From Candidatus Thorarchaeota archaeon (GTDB lineage: Archaea; Asgardarchaeota; Thorarchaeia; Thorarchaeales; Thorarchaeaceae), in assembly GCA_003345595.1 (NCBI GenBank), contig PRDI01000011.1:1-38244 (forward strand): a DNA stretch of 38,244 bases. Reading direction: 5' to 3'. Positions 25,774 through 35,453 of this stretch are shown piece after piece. Position 1 is the stretch's first letter, and the number at the start of each line of letters is the position of its first letter. The notes beneath the pieces are model-generated. The model saw only the letters and a program-made list of their open reading frames with translations. It was not told where the DNA came from and made no database searches. The position numbers and the translations under genes were made by a program.

Positions 25774-27090
25774 GTGCTTGAGTGGCTGGTCTCCGCTACT
25801 CTTATGAAGCGGGATTTCTGGAAAGGTAGAGCTCAGCAAATCAAGAGAAGGAATCGCCCAATGAGAGGAGATCCAAACGCCCTTGAAGTGGTCCTTCAGA
25901 CAGGAGGAGAAACATTCGGAGAATCTGTCTTCGATGCTAGGTCCTTCTCCTTTGATATCGCATGGCCCAACAACAGACCTCTTGAAACGGCTCCACAACT
26001 TAATGGTGAGGAGCTGGCTAGACTATCGGACCTCCTCTTGAAGGCAGCGAAGAGAACTCTGGAGCCCTTCGCGGACAAGCGAGTTGGTTTTCTCCTTTCG
26101 GGCGGCGTTGACTCGAGCGTCTGTCTGTACCTGATCAAACAGGCCTTCCCTAGTTGCGATGTGAAGGCCTACCACACCGATTGGGGTATTCCAGAACGTA
26201 GCGAAATACGATATGCTGAAACGGCCGCGAAGCTCGCGAATGTGCCACTCAGAGTGGTAGATACAAGCGCCGAGGCACAGATTCCCCACATTGATGATGC
26301 GTTGTCAGGAATCAAGACCATCTCGTACAGCGCGGTTCCAGTGTACATGGCGTTCAGGGCCATGGTAGAGGACGGGATGGATGTCGGAGTAAACGCCCTA
26401 GGCTTGGATGAACTAATGGCGGGTTACCCAATCCATCAGCTATTCTACGCCAGAAGTAGGCTCAATGTCGTTCCCTACTTCAGACGCTTAGAACGAATGA
26501 GGTACTATCGTGCGGCCTCTCTCAGATGGGGAACTGACAAGGCATGGTTGCTGAGAATAGTAGCTCCTCGGTCGTCGACGAGATATGTCACACAGAGCAC
26601 AGTTGATCTTGGAACAGTGTACGAGGAGAAGGTCAAGGCATACAGTCTCTGGAACACTATTCATAACTGGCTCCTCAATGCCATGATACACAATTTCGCC
26701 CCCCTCATGTCTCGTGCCGCTGCAGCCAACGGTCTCAAGCTACTGTTCCCGTACATAGATCAACAGCTCATGGACAGATGCCTGAGCTACTCTCCCAAAG
26801 CAAAGGTAAACAAGGCACCCATCCGAGCTCTGATGCGCACACGATTCGGCTTCCCAGAGGAACTGGCAAGTAGAGGTGAGAAGTGGGGGTCGAAGATCGG
26901 TTGGGGTGGCACGCATCTGCCATATGTGCAAAGCCGCAAATACCTTGATGCAGTCATGCCCAAAAGCCAGAGTGCAGAAGAGTGGTTTGTGTCGCCACCC
27001 AAGGACTTGTACTCAGAGATTCATGATAGACAGAACCCTGTCGCCTTCGACATGGCATTGTTTCTCAAGATTCTGGAACTGACAACCTGA
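25774..27090 (+). CDS. Asparagine-synthase-like ATP pyrophosphatase (synthetase domain only)
   Basis: PP-loop LLSGGVDSS, LGLDELMAGY, FPYID, NK..IR. There is no N-terminal Cys/Ntn glutaminase domain. The start is uncertain (25774, 25804 or 25861). Confidence 0.85.
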   Translation: MLEWLVSATLMKRDFWKGRAQQIKRRNRPMRGDPNALEVVLQTGGETFGESVFDARSFSFDIAWPNNRPLETAPQLNGEELARLSDLLLKAAKRTLEPFADKRVGFLLSGGVDSSVCLYLIKQAFPSCDVKAYHTDWGIPERSEIRYAETAAKLANVPLRVVDTSAEAQIPHIDDALSGIKTISYSAVPVYMAFRAMVEDGMDVGVNALGLDELMAGYPIHQLFYARSRLNVVPYFRRLERMRYYRAASLRWGTDKAWLLRIVAPRSSTRYVTQSTVDLGTVYEEKVKAYSLWNTIHNWLLNAMIHNFAPLMSRAAAANGLKLLFPYIDQQLMDRCLSYSPKAKVNKAPIRALMRTRFGFPEELASRGEKWGSKIGWGGTHLPYVQSRKYLDAVMPKSQSAEEWFVSPPKDLYSEIHDRQNPVAFDMALFLKILELTT

Positions 27091-27138
27091 GACTCCTGAC
27101 GACATCGGGCCCGCTGCCGACACGCCCGTCGCTCGCCT

Positions 27139-28128
27139 TCAAGATCTCACATCGCCAGTTTCAGAGGGGGACGTGACCGGCTTGGCCTTAAGACCGAGTT
27201 TCGTAGCAAACGGCAGCCCAAACATGTCTCCAATCAGCGCTATTGTTCTGTCAACTAGTGCGAACGCCAATCCGTCCTCTATTGGCCTTCCTAAGACAGA
27301 GAAGACCAAGGCAAAGCCGCCTTCGACAATTCCCAGCCCGGCCAGAGACACAGGTATGAAAGACACCGCAGTCAAAGCGGGGAAGAGAAACAGGTACCAG
27401 ACTATTGGCAAATCAAGGCCAAGAGCCTGACCGACGATGATCCATCGTAGAGCCGTGATTAACCAACCCAGGATGGTTATGAGAAAAGCTACGACCGACT
27501 TCTTGGCGGTATACCCCGTGGAGCCAATGTACTTCGAGTACTCCGCGTAGAGCTTGCTCAAGAACTGCACACGTTCAACTAGCGGGACCACAAAGCGAGG
27601 GATCTTGCCGAACGCCAAGACAGCGAATCCGATCACGAGGACCACAACAAGTCCCAGTGAAAGTACTGCGTAGAGATACAGATTCTGTGATACGCCCAGC
27701 GCATAGAATATCGTGAACATTGCAGTCACAAGGAGAACTGCTCTCAGAAGGAAATCAAACACCTGTCCGAAGAACATGACATTGAGTATATGCCCCGTCT
27801 TCATCTCCGGACACTCCCGGTTCACAATGACGGGAGTCACAAAGTAACCCGCTCGGCCCGGAGTGACGTCCGCGAGAAGCATGCCCCCAAGGTTTGCCTT
27901 GAACATAGGAACAAACAGATCAAGGCGACCTGCAAGATATGCCATTCTTAGTGCGGTCACGCTTGTTGCCACGATGTGCACCGCGATGGCCAACACGAGC
28001 CAACCAACTGCGGCGCCAGTGATGATTGACCAAAGGTCAACAGGTTTCGAGTACCAGATGACCAATGCAAGAATAGTGACCCCGATGAGTAGTCTGACCA
28101 GCGTGCTTCTATTCGGCCGCATCAACAT
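27139..28128 (-). CDS. UPF0104/lysylphosphatidylglycerol-synthase TM-domain protein (flippase-like)
   Basis: ALRM, DVTPGRAG, and IPVSLAGLGIVEGG..LVDR; about 8 TM helices. It directly follows the DPM1-like GT. Confidence 0.88.
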   Translation of the reverse strand: MLMRPNRSTLVRLLIGVTILALVIWYSKPVDLWSIITGAAVGWLVLAIAVHIVATSVTALRMAYLAGRLDLFVPMFKANLGGMLLADVTPGRAGYFVTPVIVNRECPEMKTGHILNVMFFGQVFDFLLRAVLLVTAMFTIFYALGVSQNLYLYAVLSLGLVVVLVIGFAVLAFGKIPRFVVPLVERVQFLSKLYAEYSKYIGSTGYTAKKSVVAFLITILGWLITALRWIIVGQALGLDLPIVWYLFLFPALTAVSFIPVSLAGLGIVEGGFALVFSVLGRPIEDGLAFALVDRTIALIGDMFGLPFATKLGLKAKPVTSPSETGDVRS

Positions 28129-28132
28129 CACC

Positions 28133-28834
28133 CTACATCTCACGCGCGATCAGTTTCTCAAGCTGAACCAAGTGTCTTCTGAACTCTCTTCCCAGGTGTG
28201 CCTTCGACTCACCTGCAGTTCTTCTCCCCAAGACAGCCGGGACCTCCACGATTTGAAAGCCCTTTCTGGCTAGTTTTACAGCTATCTCTGCTACTCCATC
28301 GAATCCATCCTGAGTAATCCTGATGGATTGCACTGCACTTGTCCGAACAGCTCTAAACATGCCCGTCCAACATGAGAGGTTCCTCCGCATTATCAACGAA
28401 TAAAGTACATTCACACCCTTGCTCGGAATCACCCTCATCTGGCCGACTCCTAGGACTTGGCCACCCCGCATATAGGGAGAACCAAAGACTGCGTCGACCT
28501 CTGGAGACACTCTTTCAACCAGCCGGCGAACCTGATCTGGAGAGTAGCTCAGATCACAGTCAATGCTAACAACCCATTGATGACTTGCATGCGAATAGCC
28601 TGTGCGAAGAGCAGCCCCTAGTCCCATGTTGCGCTCGTGATGAATGACCCTGACATCCTTTCGTCTCCTTGCCAATTCATCTGCCTTGCTGCCTGTGTCG
28701 TCAGTGGAGCCATCATCCACAACCAACACCTCGAACTCGACGCGATCTCTCTGAAGCTGAGGGATCAGCTGCTCCTCGATGCGCGGCAGGTTGGCAGATT
28801 CATTGAAAGCTGGGATGAGTATGTCAAAGATCAT
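28133..28834 (-). CDS. Polyprenol/dolichol-phosphate glycosyltransferase (DPM1/ArnC-like GT2)
   Basis: IPAFNE, VVDDGSTDDT, N.GLGAALRTG, IDCDLS, GSPY..GG, R..GESK. Confidence 0.92.
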   Translation of the reverse strand: MIFDILIPAFNESANLPRIEEQLIPQLQRDRVEFEVLVVDDGSTDDTGSKADELARRRKDVRVIHHERNMGLGAALRTGYSHASHQWVVSIDCDLSYSPDQVRRLVERVSPEVDAVFGSPYMRGGQVLGVGQMRVIPSKGVNVLYSLIMRRNLSCWTGMFRAVRTSAVQSIRITQDGFDGVAEIAVKLARKGFQIVEVPAVLGRRTAGESKAHLGREFRRHLVQLEKLIAREM

Positions 28835-30085
28835 CTAGGTTTCTTCCTGATTGGTGAGCTCGCGGTAGACTTCTAGCAGAAAACGCTTCCCATTCTGTCT
28901 AGACGACAGAAAGCCCGACTTGTCAAAGCTCATCAGCACCTTACCCTCGACAGAGTCTGATAGTTTCAGGATTGGGTATCCTGTATCAATCATGTTGATC
29001 AGCTCCTTAGCAAGCCTTCCTCTTCTGTGGCGATCTGCAATCGCATCGACAATCCTCTCTCCCGCTCCCGATTCATAGAGGTGCTTAGGTTCTGCATCGG
29101 GTGCTTGGGTGAGTCGTCGAGCCGCTTCGGCAATCTTGGAGCCCACAGCAGGCACCAGCAGGTTGAAACCAGCCCACGCCGTTTCAGGCCATTCTGTGCT
29201 GTTCCTCACAGTAAGAGTGGGTTTGCTCAAAAGGGCCGCCTCTTCTTGGACTCCTCCGCTGTCCGTTACAATCAGGTTCGAATGTCTAAGGACGTTGAGG
29301 AAAGTGAGATAGCCCATTGGCGGAACCATCATCAGTTGGCTCTCCTTGACAGACTTGCCTAGACCGAACTCCTCTATCTTCTTCTTTGTTCGCGGGTGGA
29401 CAGGGAACACGCATCTCATGGGCAGCGACCCTAATCCCAACAGTATCTGTTCGAGCCTGTTCTTGTCATCGGTGTTGCCAGCCCTATGAATGGTGGCGAC
29501 TGCATACGGTCTTTCAATTGTGTCGACACCATCCCCAAGCAACCTGAGCCCCTCTTCGAGTGCATCGACAGATGTATTCCCTGCAAGCACAATCGTGTCA
29601 GGCTCGCAGCCCTGTCTGAGCAAGTTGCTGTGAGCGATTGCACTCGGCGCGAACAGCAAGGATGAAACCGAGTCAATCACAATCCTGTTGATCTCTTCAG
29701 GCATAGTCGTGTCATACGACCTGCAACCAGCTTCAATATGGCCAACGGGAATGCCCATCTGAACTGCGGCCACTGCAGCACCCATGCAGCTGTTGGTGTC
29801 ACCCTGCACTAGAAGAATGTCGACCATCTCATTGGCAAGTACTTCGGCCAGCCTGTTCATTACAGAGGTTGTCTGCTCTACGGTCGGATGAGAACCGACT
29901 CCGAGGTGGTAGTCGGGCGCTTCAATCGACAGGTCCTCGAAGAACGCTTGCGACATCTCATAGTCGTAGTGCTGTCCGGTGTGAACCAGAAGAAGGTCCA
30001 TGTCACTCCGGTTTCTTATCGCTTTGATCACAGACCACGTCTTGATAAACTCGGGTCGGGTTCCCACCACTACTGCGATCCTCAT
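28835..30085 (-). CDS. wecB: UDP-N-acetylglucosamine 2-epimerase (non-hydrolysing)
   Basis: GTRPEFIK, HTGQHYD, VQGDTNS, HIEAG.RS, MPEEINR, HPRT, TDSGGVQEEA. It carries a C-terminal extension of about 55 aa. The ORF opens at 30127. Confidence 0.96.
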   Translation of the reverse strand: MRIAVVVGTRPEFIKTWSVIKAIRNRSDMDLLLVHTGQHYDYEMSQAFFEDLSIEAPDYHLGVGSHPTVEQTTSVMNRLAEVLANEMVDILLVQGDTNSCMGAAVAAVQMGIPVGHIEAGCRSYDTTMPEEINRIVIDSVSSLLFAPSAIAHSNLLRQGCEPDTIVLAGNTSVDALEEGLRLLGDGVDTIERPYAVATIHRAGNTDDKNRLEQILLGLGSLPMRCVFPVHPRTKKKIEEFGLGKSVKESQLMMVPPMGYLTFLNVLRHSNLIVTDSGGVQEEAALLSKPTLTVRNSTEWPETAWAGFNLLVPAVGSKIAEAARRLTQAPDAEPKHLYESGAGERIVDAIADRHRRGRLAKELINMIDTGYPILKLSDSVEGKVLMSFDKSGFLSSRQNGKRFLLEVYRELTNQEET

Positions 30086-30228
30086 CAGGGACTGCCACCT
30101 CTGGCTTTGACCACGTCGCCCGACCATCTAAAAAAGCCATCTGTGGAACGCGGAGCACCATGGATGATCTGTGAACATATCGCCTGCACATCACGGCATT
30201 GGTTCGTCAGCGACTGCGTCGCTCGTTC

Positions 30229-31266
30229 TCAAGACTGCGTTCGCCGCCGCTTGGGCACAGTCGACGCGCTCGACCGCGCTCGTCCAAGGCTCGTTGGCTG
30301 CCTATTCCTACTTCCGCTGCGAAAGCTAGCGCTGCGAACTGCGGACGTGAGGAGGTGAAGGGCTGCCAGAACCTCTACTACGGGTCCCTTGCCCGCCCCG
30401 TAGTATCTGACAACATCGGGATCGTCACACTTCCATGTCCCACGACGCATCTCAACCAGATAGCCGCGAAGAAGATCATCACCGTGCTGACGAGTTATCT
30501 GTCTCCAGACAGACCTGAGAAGGATGGCCCAGACAGGTCTTCTTGCATAGTAGTAAAGACGCCCTTGTCGAAATGCACCCTCCCTTGACGTGACAGCCGT
30601 CGTTGGCCTGTCTAGACTCACAGGGACCTTCACGACACCTACCCTGTAGCCACGGCTCTCTGCTTTCAGGTTGTAGAATGAGTCGGGACAATAGTCCCAG
30701 AACTTGTCGATCTCTCGGACAATACTCCATCTGATCATCTTTCCGCTGTTCATCGGTCTGCCAGATTTCAGCTTGTCTGGTTCTTGGACGGGATATCCGG
30801 CGACTGCACCCAGCCCATGGTCCGAGTCGAGAATGCTGCAGAGCCTCGCAAAGTAGTTCGGACAGGGTTCTGTGTCAGGGTCAAGAACAGCCAGATAGTC
30901 TGCACCAAGCGCATCTATTCGGCTTCTGAGCTTTAGAAGTACTCTCTCGTGTGACTTTCCGAGTGTGAAGAAGTTCGGCGTTTTCTTCTTGGGCATGGAT
31001 TCTACCCAAAGCTGTAGCTGCGGGTATTTAGCCGCGGTTTCCTTCAACACTTGGGCAGTGGCATCAGTCGAGCCGTCATCTATCCAGACCCAGCTCCTAG
31101 GGAGCTTTGACTGCTTCGACATTCTCTCAAACAACCCAGGTATCAAAGGCGCCTCATTCCAAGTATTGGTCAGCAGTATGTACGAACCTCTCGAATGCTC
31201 AGGGGCTGTACAGATGTCCTTGCAGAACCCGCAATACTCGGCAAATCTGGTCCTAAAGGCGACCAC
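30229..31266 (-). CDS. GT2-like glycosyltransferase, paralogue A
   Basis: WNE, WVWIDDGSTD, AVLDPDTE; N-terminal CGFC...C; basic low-complexity tail. Confidence 0.87.
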   Translation of the reverse strand: MVAFRTRFAEYCGFCKDICTAPEHSRGSYILLTNTWNEAPLIPGLFERMSKQSKLPRSWVWIDDGSTDATAQVLKETAAKYPQLQLWVESMPKKKTPNFFTLGKSHERVLLKLRSRIDALGADYLAVLDPDTEPCPNYFARLCSILDSDHGLGAVAGYPVQEPDKLKSGRPMNSGKMIRWSIVREIDKFWDYCPDSFYNLKAESRGYRVGVVKVPVSLDRPTTAVTSREGAFRQGRLYYYARRPVWAILLRSVWRQITRQHGDDLLRGYLVEMRRGTWKCDDPDVVRYYGAGKGPVVEVLAALHLLTSAVRSASFRSGSRNRQPTSLGRARSSASTVPKRRRTQS

Positions 31267-31320
31267 CTCCCACGGGGTCTAGATTATCACTTCTTCTTGA
31301 GAACCCTCGTCCCACTAGTC

Positions 31321-31328
31321 GATTTAAG
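31321..31328 (-). promoter_or_regulatory. Putative TATA element (CTTAAATC) of GT2 paralogue A
   Basis: The same octamer occurs at the same 55-nt offset upstream of paralogue B. Confidence 0.5.
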
Positions 31329-31329
31329 A

Positions 31330-32265
31330 CTAGTCGTGTTGACTCGTGCTGCGCCTCGGCATGATGGTCCCTGTCTTCAGAATGCGTGGTAGTGGAATCG
31401 AATCCCGAGCGTAGAACCGCAGGACATCCTGATCGGTGCATCTCCAAGTTCCTCTTCTTACTTCACTGAGATAGCCGCGAAGCATCTCAGTCCCATGCTG
31501 ACGAAGAACCAACCGCCTTATTGATCTCAGTAGCACACCTGCGAAAGGCCGACCCGCATAGTAGGCGAGCCTGCCTTGGCGAAAGACTCCTTGGGGGCTC
31601 TGAGATGTAGTCGGGCGAGTGAGATGGACTGGCACTCTCATAACCTTGAGACGATACCCATTGGCTAGCGCCTTTATGTTGTAGAATGTGTCAGGACAGA
31701 AGTCCCAGTACTCTCCAATACTCCGCACTACTGACCAGCGGATCAGCTTACCACTGTTCATCGGTTGGCCGGCAATCCTTGAGCCGGGCTCTTCAATCGG
31801 CTCACCCGAAACGGCACCCAAGTCGGGGTTCTCGTCCAGCACATTACACAATCTTGCGAAGTAGTTCGGACAGGGTTCTGTATCGGCATCCAGAATAGCC
31901 ATGTAGTCTACATGTAGTTCGTCAATGCGTGCCCGGAGCTTGCCAAGTATGATCTCATGTGTCCGGCCCAGCGTAAAGAAGTTCGGCTTGGTCTTGGGTG
32001 GCATCCTCTCAACCCAGACAGGAATCGACCTATTCTGCCGGGAGCCTCGGAGAATCGCGTCGTAGGTTCCATCGACCGATCCATCGTCCATGAACACCCA
32101 TGCCATAGGCTTCCACGTCTGCCGCGCCACACGTTCAAACATGAGATGGATCTGCCTTTCCTCGTTCCACACATTCGAAACAAGTACGTAGCGTCCTCTG
32201 ACGTCATCTGGCGGAGTGCACGATGCGCTGCAGAACATACAGTGCTTCTCAAACCTGACGACCAT
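31330..32265 (-). CDS. GT2-like glycosyltransferase, paralogue B
   Basis: WNE, WVFMDDGSVD, AILDADTE. It shares PNFFTLG, DTEPCPNYFARLC, PMNSGK and FRQGRL.YYA with paralogue A. Confidence 0.87.
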   Translation of the reverse strand: MVVRFEKHCMFCSASCTPPDDVRGRYVLVSNVWNEERQIHLMFERVARQTWKPMAWVFMDDGSVDGTYDAILRGSRQNRSIPVWVERMPPKTKPNFFTLGRTHEIILGKLRARIDELHVDYMAILDADTEPCPNYFARLCNVLDENPDLGAVSGEPIEEPGSRIAGQPMNSGKLIRWSVVRSIGEYWDFCPDTFYNIKALANGYRLKVMRVPVHLTRPTTSQSPQGVFRQGRLAYYAGRPFAGVLLRSIRRLVLRQHGTEMLRGYLSEVRRGTWRCTDQDVLRFYARDSIPLPRILKTGTIMPRRSTSQHD

Positions 32266-32319
32266 AGGAAAGAGACCCCTTCGCGTTGACGTCGTTCCAC
32301 AATGAGGGCGGTCCGAAGT

Positions 32320-32327
32320 GATTTAAG
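32320..32327. promoter_or_regulatory. Putative TATA element between divergent GT2-B and GT4
   Basis: GATTTAAG/CTTAAATC sits midway in the 109-nt divergent spacer. Confidence 0.5.
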
Positions 32328-32374
32328 CGTAACTTCATGACAATTCAGGCGCGTGGTGGCACAGCCCTACCCAT

Positions 32375-33610
32375 GTGTCTGAGATAGCGACAAGGAAATC
32401 GGAAAGAATGCCGAGACTCCTCATCATTGCATATGTATTCCCTCCTTTGGCAGGAGCAGCGGTCATGCGACCTCTGGTCCTCGCTCGAGAGGCAAGGAAG
32501 CATGGATGGGATGCAGCTGTCCTCACAGTCGGACATGACCCAAAGTACCCGACGGACCATACATTGAAGAGTCCAGTCAGGACTGCGAGAGCCTACCGTT
32601 ACCCTTTCTTTCTCGTCATAAACCGGTTCTTGAGACGTCTGCTGCCTGGTAAGAGGATTCTATGGTCAATTCTTGACGAGTTCTATGATTGGGTTCCGAG
32701 TGCTGTGAGGACAGGCAGGAAACTGTATAGATCTTGGCCTTTCGACGCAATAGTAGCGACATCACCGCCCTATTCTGACTTGAGGGTGGGAGCTAGGTTG
32801 GCTCGTGACCTCAAGGTCCCCTGCATTGCAGACTTAAGAGATCCGTTCACCACCAACTTCGTTATTGACTTCGTGCACCCTGCAGTTCGCAGATTCTGGC
32901 ACGATTACTACTGTTCCATTCTGAGGCGATTCGATCGCATTGTCACCGTGGACAGAATCATCAGTGATGAGATACCATTCCATTCCGAGGTCATCCCCAA
33001 TGGATACGACGAGGAAGAATTCAGCGAGAGTCCTCAGCGGTATCCAGAATTCACCATAGGCTACGTAGGAACTATGTACGCGGCTCTGGACACACGGCCG
33101 CTATTTGAGGCACTCCGACTGCTGCCCGAGAGCGTCAGACTCTCTGTGAGAGTCCTGTTTGTGGGTGCGCATTCGGATCTTGTAGCCAATGTAGCCGCGA
33201 AATATGGCATCAGTAATCTGGCAACCATCCCTCAGGTTCCCCGGAAGGAAGCCCTCAGCATAATGAAGAAGTGCCATGTGCTCACAATCTTCGGCGGCAC
33301 TGCCACAGAGGCTGTGGGCTCAAAGCTGTTCGAGTATGCCCGTACCGGTGCCACTGTGATCAACGTGTCACGCCGTGACAGCGGCGCTTGGCGTTTTGTG
33401 GAAGAAACAGGGCTTGCTATCAACGTTGCCGTCGATGACGCTAGACGCTTCGCTCAGATCATTGAGGACACATTCAGGGCTGGGGCATATCGCGTACCCA
33501 AAGGAATAGAGAAGTTCAGCAGGCAGCACTCTGCCGCGAGTTTTTTCAGGCTGCTCGACGGCCTATTGTCGGAAAAGATGGCGACGAACTCTCGTCGACC
33601 GGACAGGTGA
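32375..33610 (+). CDS. GT4-like (GT-B) glycosyltransferase
   Basis: YVFPP, ATSPP, ADLRDPF, VIPNGYD, YVGT, SKLFEY. The start may be ATG 32408. Confidence 0.9.
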   Translation: MSEIATRKSERMPRLLIIAYVFPPLAGAAVMRPLVLAREARKHGWDAAVLTVGHDPKYPTDHTLKSPVRTARAYRYPFFLVINRFLRRLLPGKRILWSILDEFYDWVPSAVRTGRKLYRSWPFDAIVATSPPYSDLRVGARLARDLKVPCIADLRDPFTTNFVIDFVHPAVRRFWHDYYCSILRRFDRIVTVDRIISDEIPFHSEVIPNGYDEEEFSESPQRYPEFTIGYVGTMYAALDTRPLFEALRLLPESVRLSVRVLFVGAHSDLVANVAAKYGISNLATIPQVPRKEALSIMKKCHVLTIFGGTATEAVGSKLFEYARTGATVINVSRRDSGAWRFVEETGLAINVAVDDARRFAQIIEDTFRAGAYRVPKGIEKFSRQHSAASFFRLLDGLLSEKMATNSRRPDR

Positions 33611-33632
33611 ACCGTTCTTCCTGACACTCAGC

Positions 33633-35228
33633 CTACATGCTGGCCGCAAACGGGTTGTCCACCGTGCTCAGCAGGCAGACAACAAGCTTCCCGAATGGCA
33701 TTCTGAGGAACATGTAGCCACTGGTTTCAGCCCATTCAAGAATCACCCCTTCGGTGTCAGCCGTATAGGCATAGGACCAGAGGTACCAGAGAGCATGATT
33801 CTCTGTCAGAAGCTGCTGAATGGTTGTTTCCAAGGACGAGCTATATGCGACGCCTGTGATATTCACATGTGACTCGAATGGACGGTTGTAGTACTTCAGT
33901 ACCCATTGACAGAAAGCAGGTTCGACTAAGACAGTCATGTTGGAACTGGAATACGATGCGATGAACTGCACTGCACTGCGGTTGTCTTCTGCTCCGCCTC
34001 CCGAGTTGTATACGTATCTGCTGTCCGCCTCCAGAACAATCCTCGGGATGTAGACAAGTCCGAAGAGAACCAGGCCCAAAACAAGTATTGTCGACCATTC
34101 GAGTCTTCTCACTGTGAGGGGCAAACGAGGAATCCTCCTGAACCTGGTTTCGCCGACCCCAATGCCTTGCAGCTTTGTGGCAAGCAGATCCACAAGCCAT
34201 GACAAAGCCACTGATATCAGCAGGGCAAAAACTGGAAGAAGAAATATCACATACCGGACATTGAAGAACCAGTAGCCTGTCAAATGCCCCACATAGTTGC
34301 CAAGAACACATATCATGAAGATCATGACAATCTTCAATGACATGGGATTGTTGCGTCGCTCTCTAAGAACGCGTAGGAAACCTAAGGCCAGAAGCAGGAG
34401 GAAGGGGGAGCTCCAAGCAGCTACATACAACACAGAGGAAATACTCAGTTCATACCCAGTGCTACTCGCAGGAAGAAAGAAGTTGATGGGTATGAAGAGT
34501 ATCTGTTGCGGCTTAATCAGCCGTCCAAACGAAGCACCTTCCTGAAGGGTACTGAACTGCGAGAGTATGAGCGGGACAAGAGGGGCTGAGGCAAGCCCTA
34601 TTCCCACGTACGAGAGGAACACCTGTCGAAATGGGAACAGGTTTCGAGCCTTGTACCTGTTCCACACCGCTGTGCCACACTCGTATACGAACAGGGTGGC
34701 GAGGTACGTGATGCCGTAGTAGTGAATGTAGACGAGCAGCATAGCCGTAACAGTCATGGCACACCAATACTTCCTTCGATTGGTGCGGTGGGCGAGGATG
34801 TAGAAGTAGGTCGTCAGAAGGATGAGAAAGGGGAGGAGCGTGTATGACCTCGCCTCGTTCCCGAACCTCACGAGGTACGGATTTGTGGCCAATATGACAA
34901 CTACCGAGTATCGGACTGCCCGTTGAGGCCACAGGTGCTTTGCCAAGACATAGGCCATCAACACAACACCCAGACCGAACAACAACGACGGAAACCTTAC
35001 AACCCATTCCGCATCGCCCAGAATGTGAACCAAGGGCCACAACATCATATAGTAGCCGGGAGGATGGCCGGGATCATTCAGGATTTGGTCGATTGGTCCA
35101 GATGCATAGCTGACCGTTGCGTACTCGTCAATCCACAGGCTCCTACCGAAGCCCAGAGCCGCCAAAGCCAAGTATATAGCTGACCAGACGATGAGCCACA
35201 ACCACTCTCTTTTCACGCCGAGCAACAC
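33633..35228 (-). CDS. GT-C fold glycosyltransferase (ArnT/PMT-like, GT39/83)
   Basis: SLWIDE, HPPGYY, RFPSLLFG, EARSY, VRY; about 11 TM helices and a soluble C-terminal domain. Confidence 0.9.
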   Translation of the reverse strand: MLLGVKREWLWLIVWSAIYLALAALGFGRSLWIDEYATVSYASGPIDQILNDPGHPPGYYMMLWPLVHILGDAEWVVRFPSLLFGLGVVLMAYVLAKHLWPQRAVRYSVVVILATNPYLVRFGNEARSYTLLPFLILLTTYFYILAHRTNRRKYWCAMTVTAMLLVYIHYYGITYLATLFVYECGTAVWNRYKARNLFPFRQVFLSYVGIGLASAPLVPLILSQFSTLQEGASFGRLIKPQQILFIPINFFLPASSTGYELSISSVLYVAAWSSPFLLLLALGFLRVLRERRNNPMSLKIVMIFMICVLGNYVGHLTGYWFFNVRYVIFLLPVFALLISVALSWLVDLLATKLQGIGVGETRFRRIPRLPLTVRRLEWSTILVLGLVLFGLVYIPRIVLEADSRYVYNSGGGAEDNRSAVQFIASYSSSNMTVLVEPAFCQWVLKYYNRPFESHVNITGVAYSSSLETTIQQLLTENHALWYLWSYAYTADTEGVILEWAETSGYMFLRMPFGKLVVCLLSTVDNPFAASM

Positions 35229-35453
35229 TGGAACACCCCGAACAGCCGACCATGCCTTCAGAAGATACGCGAGGAAGGCTAGGTCTCTTCACGCTTGCCG
35301 ATAACGTCTTCTCTTATTCTTGATGGTCATCGTTCGACGCATACCATAATGAAGTGAACCGTGATATGCACTTTGAAGGTTCTTCGATAAGTTGCGGCCC
35401 TAGACAGATTCCAGAAGGGATTGAATCCGTCTGTTCCGGGCCAATGTTGGGTT

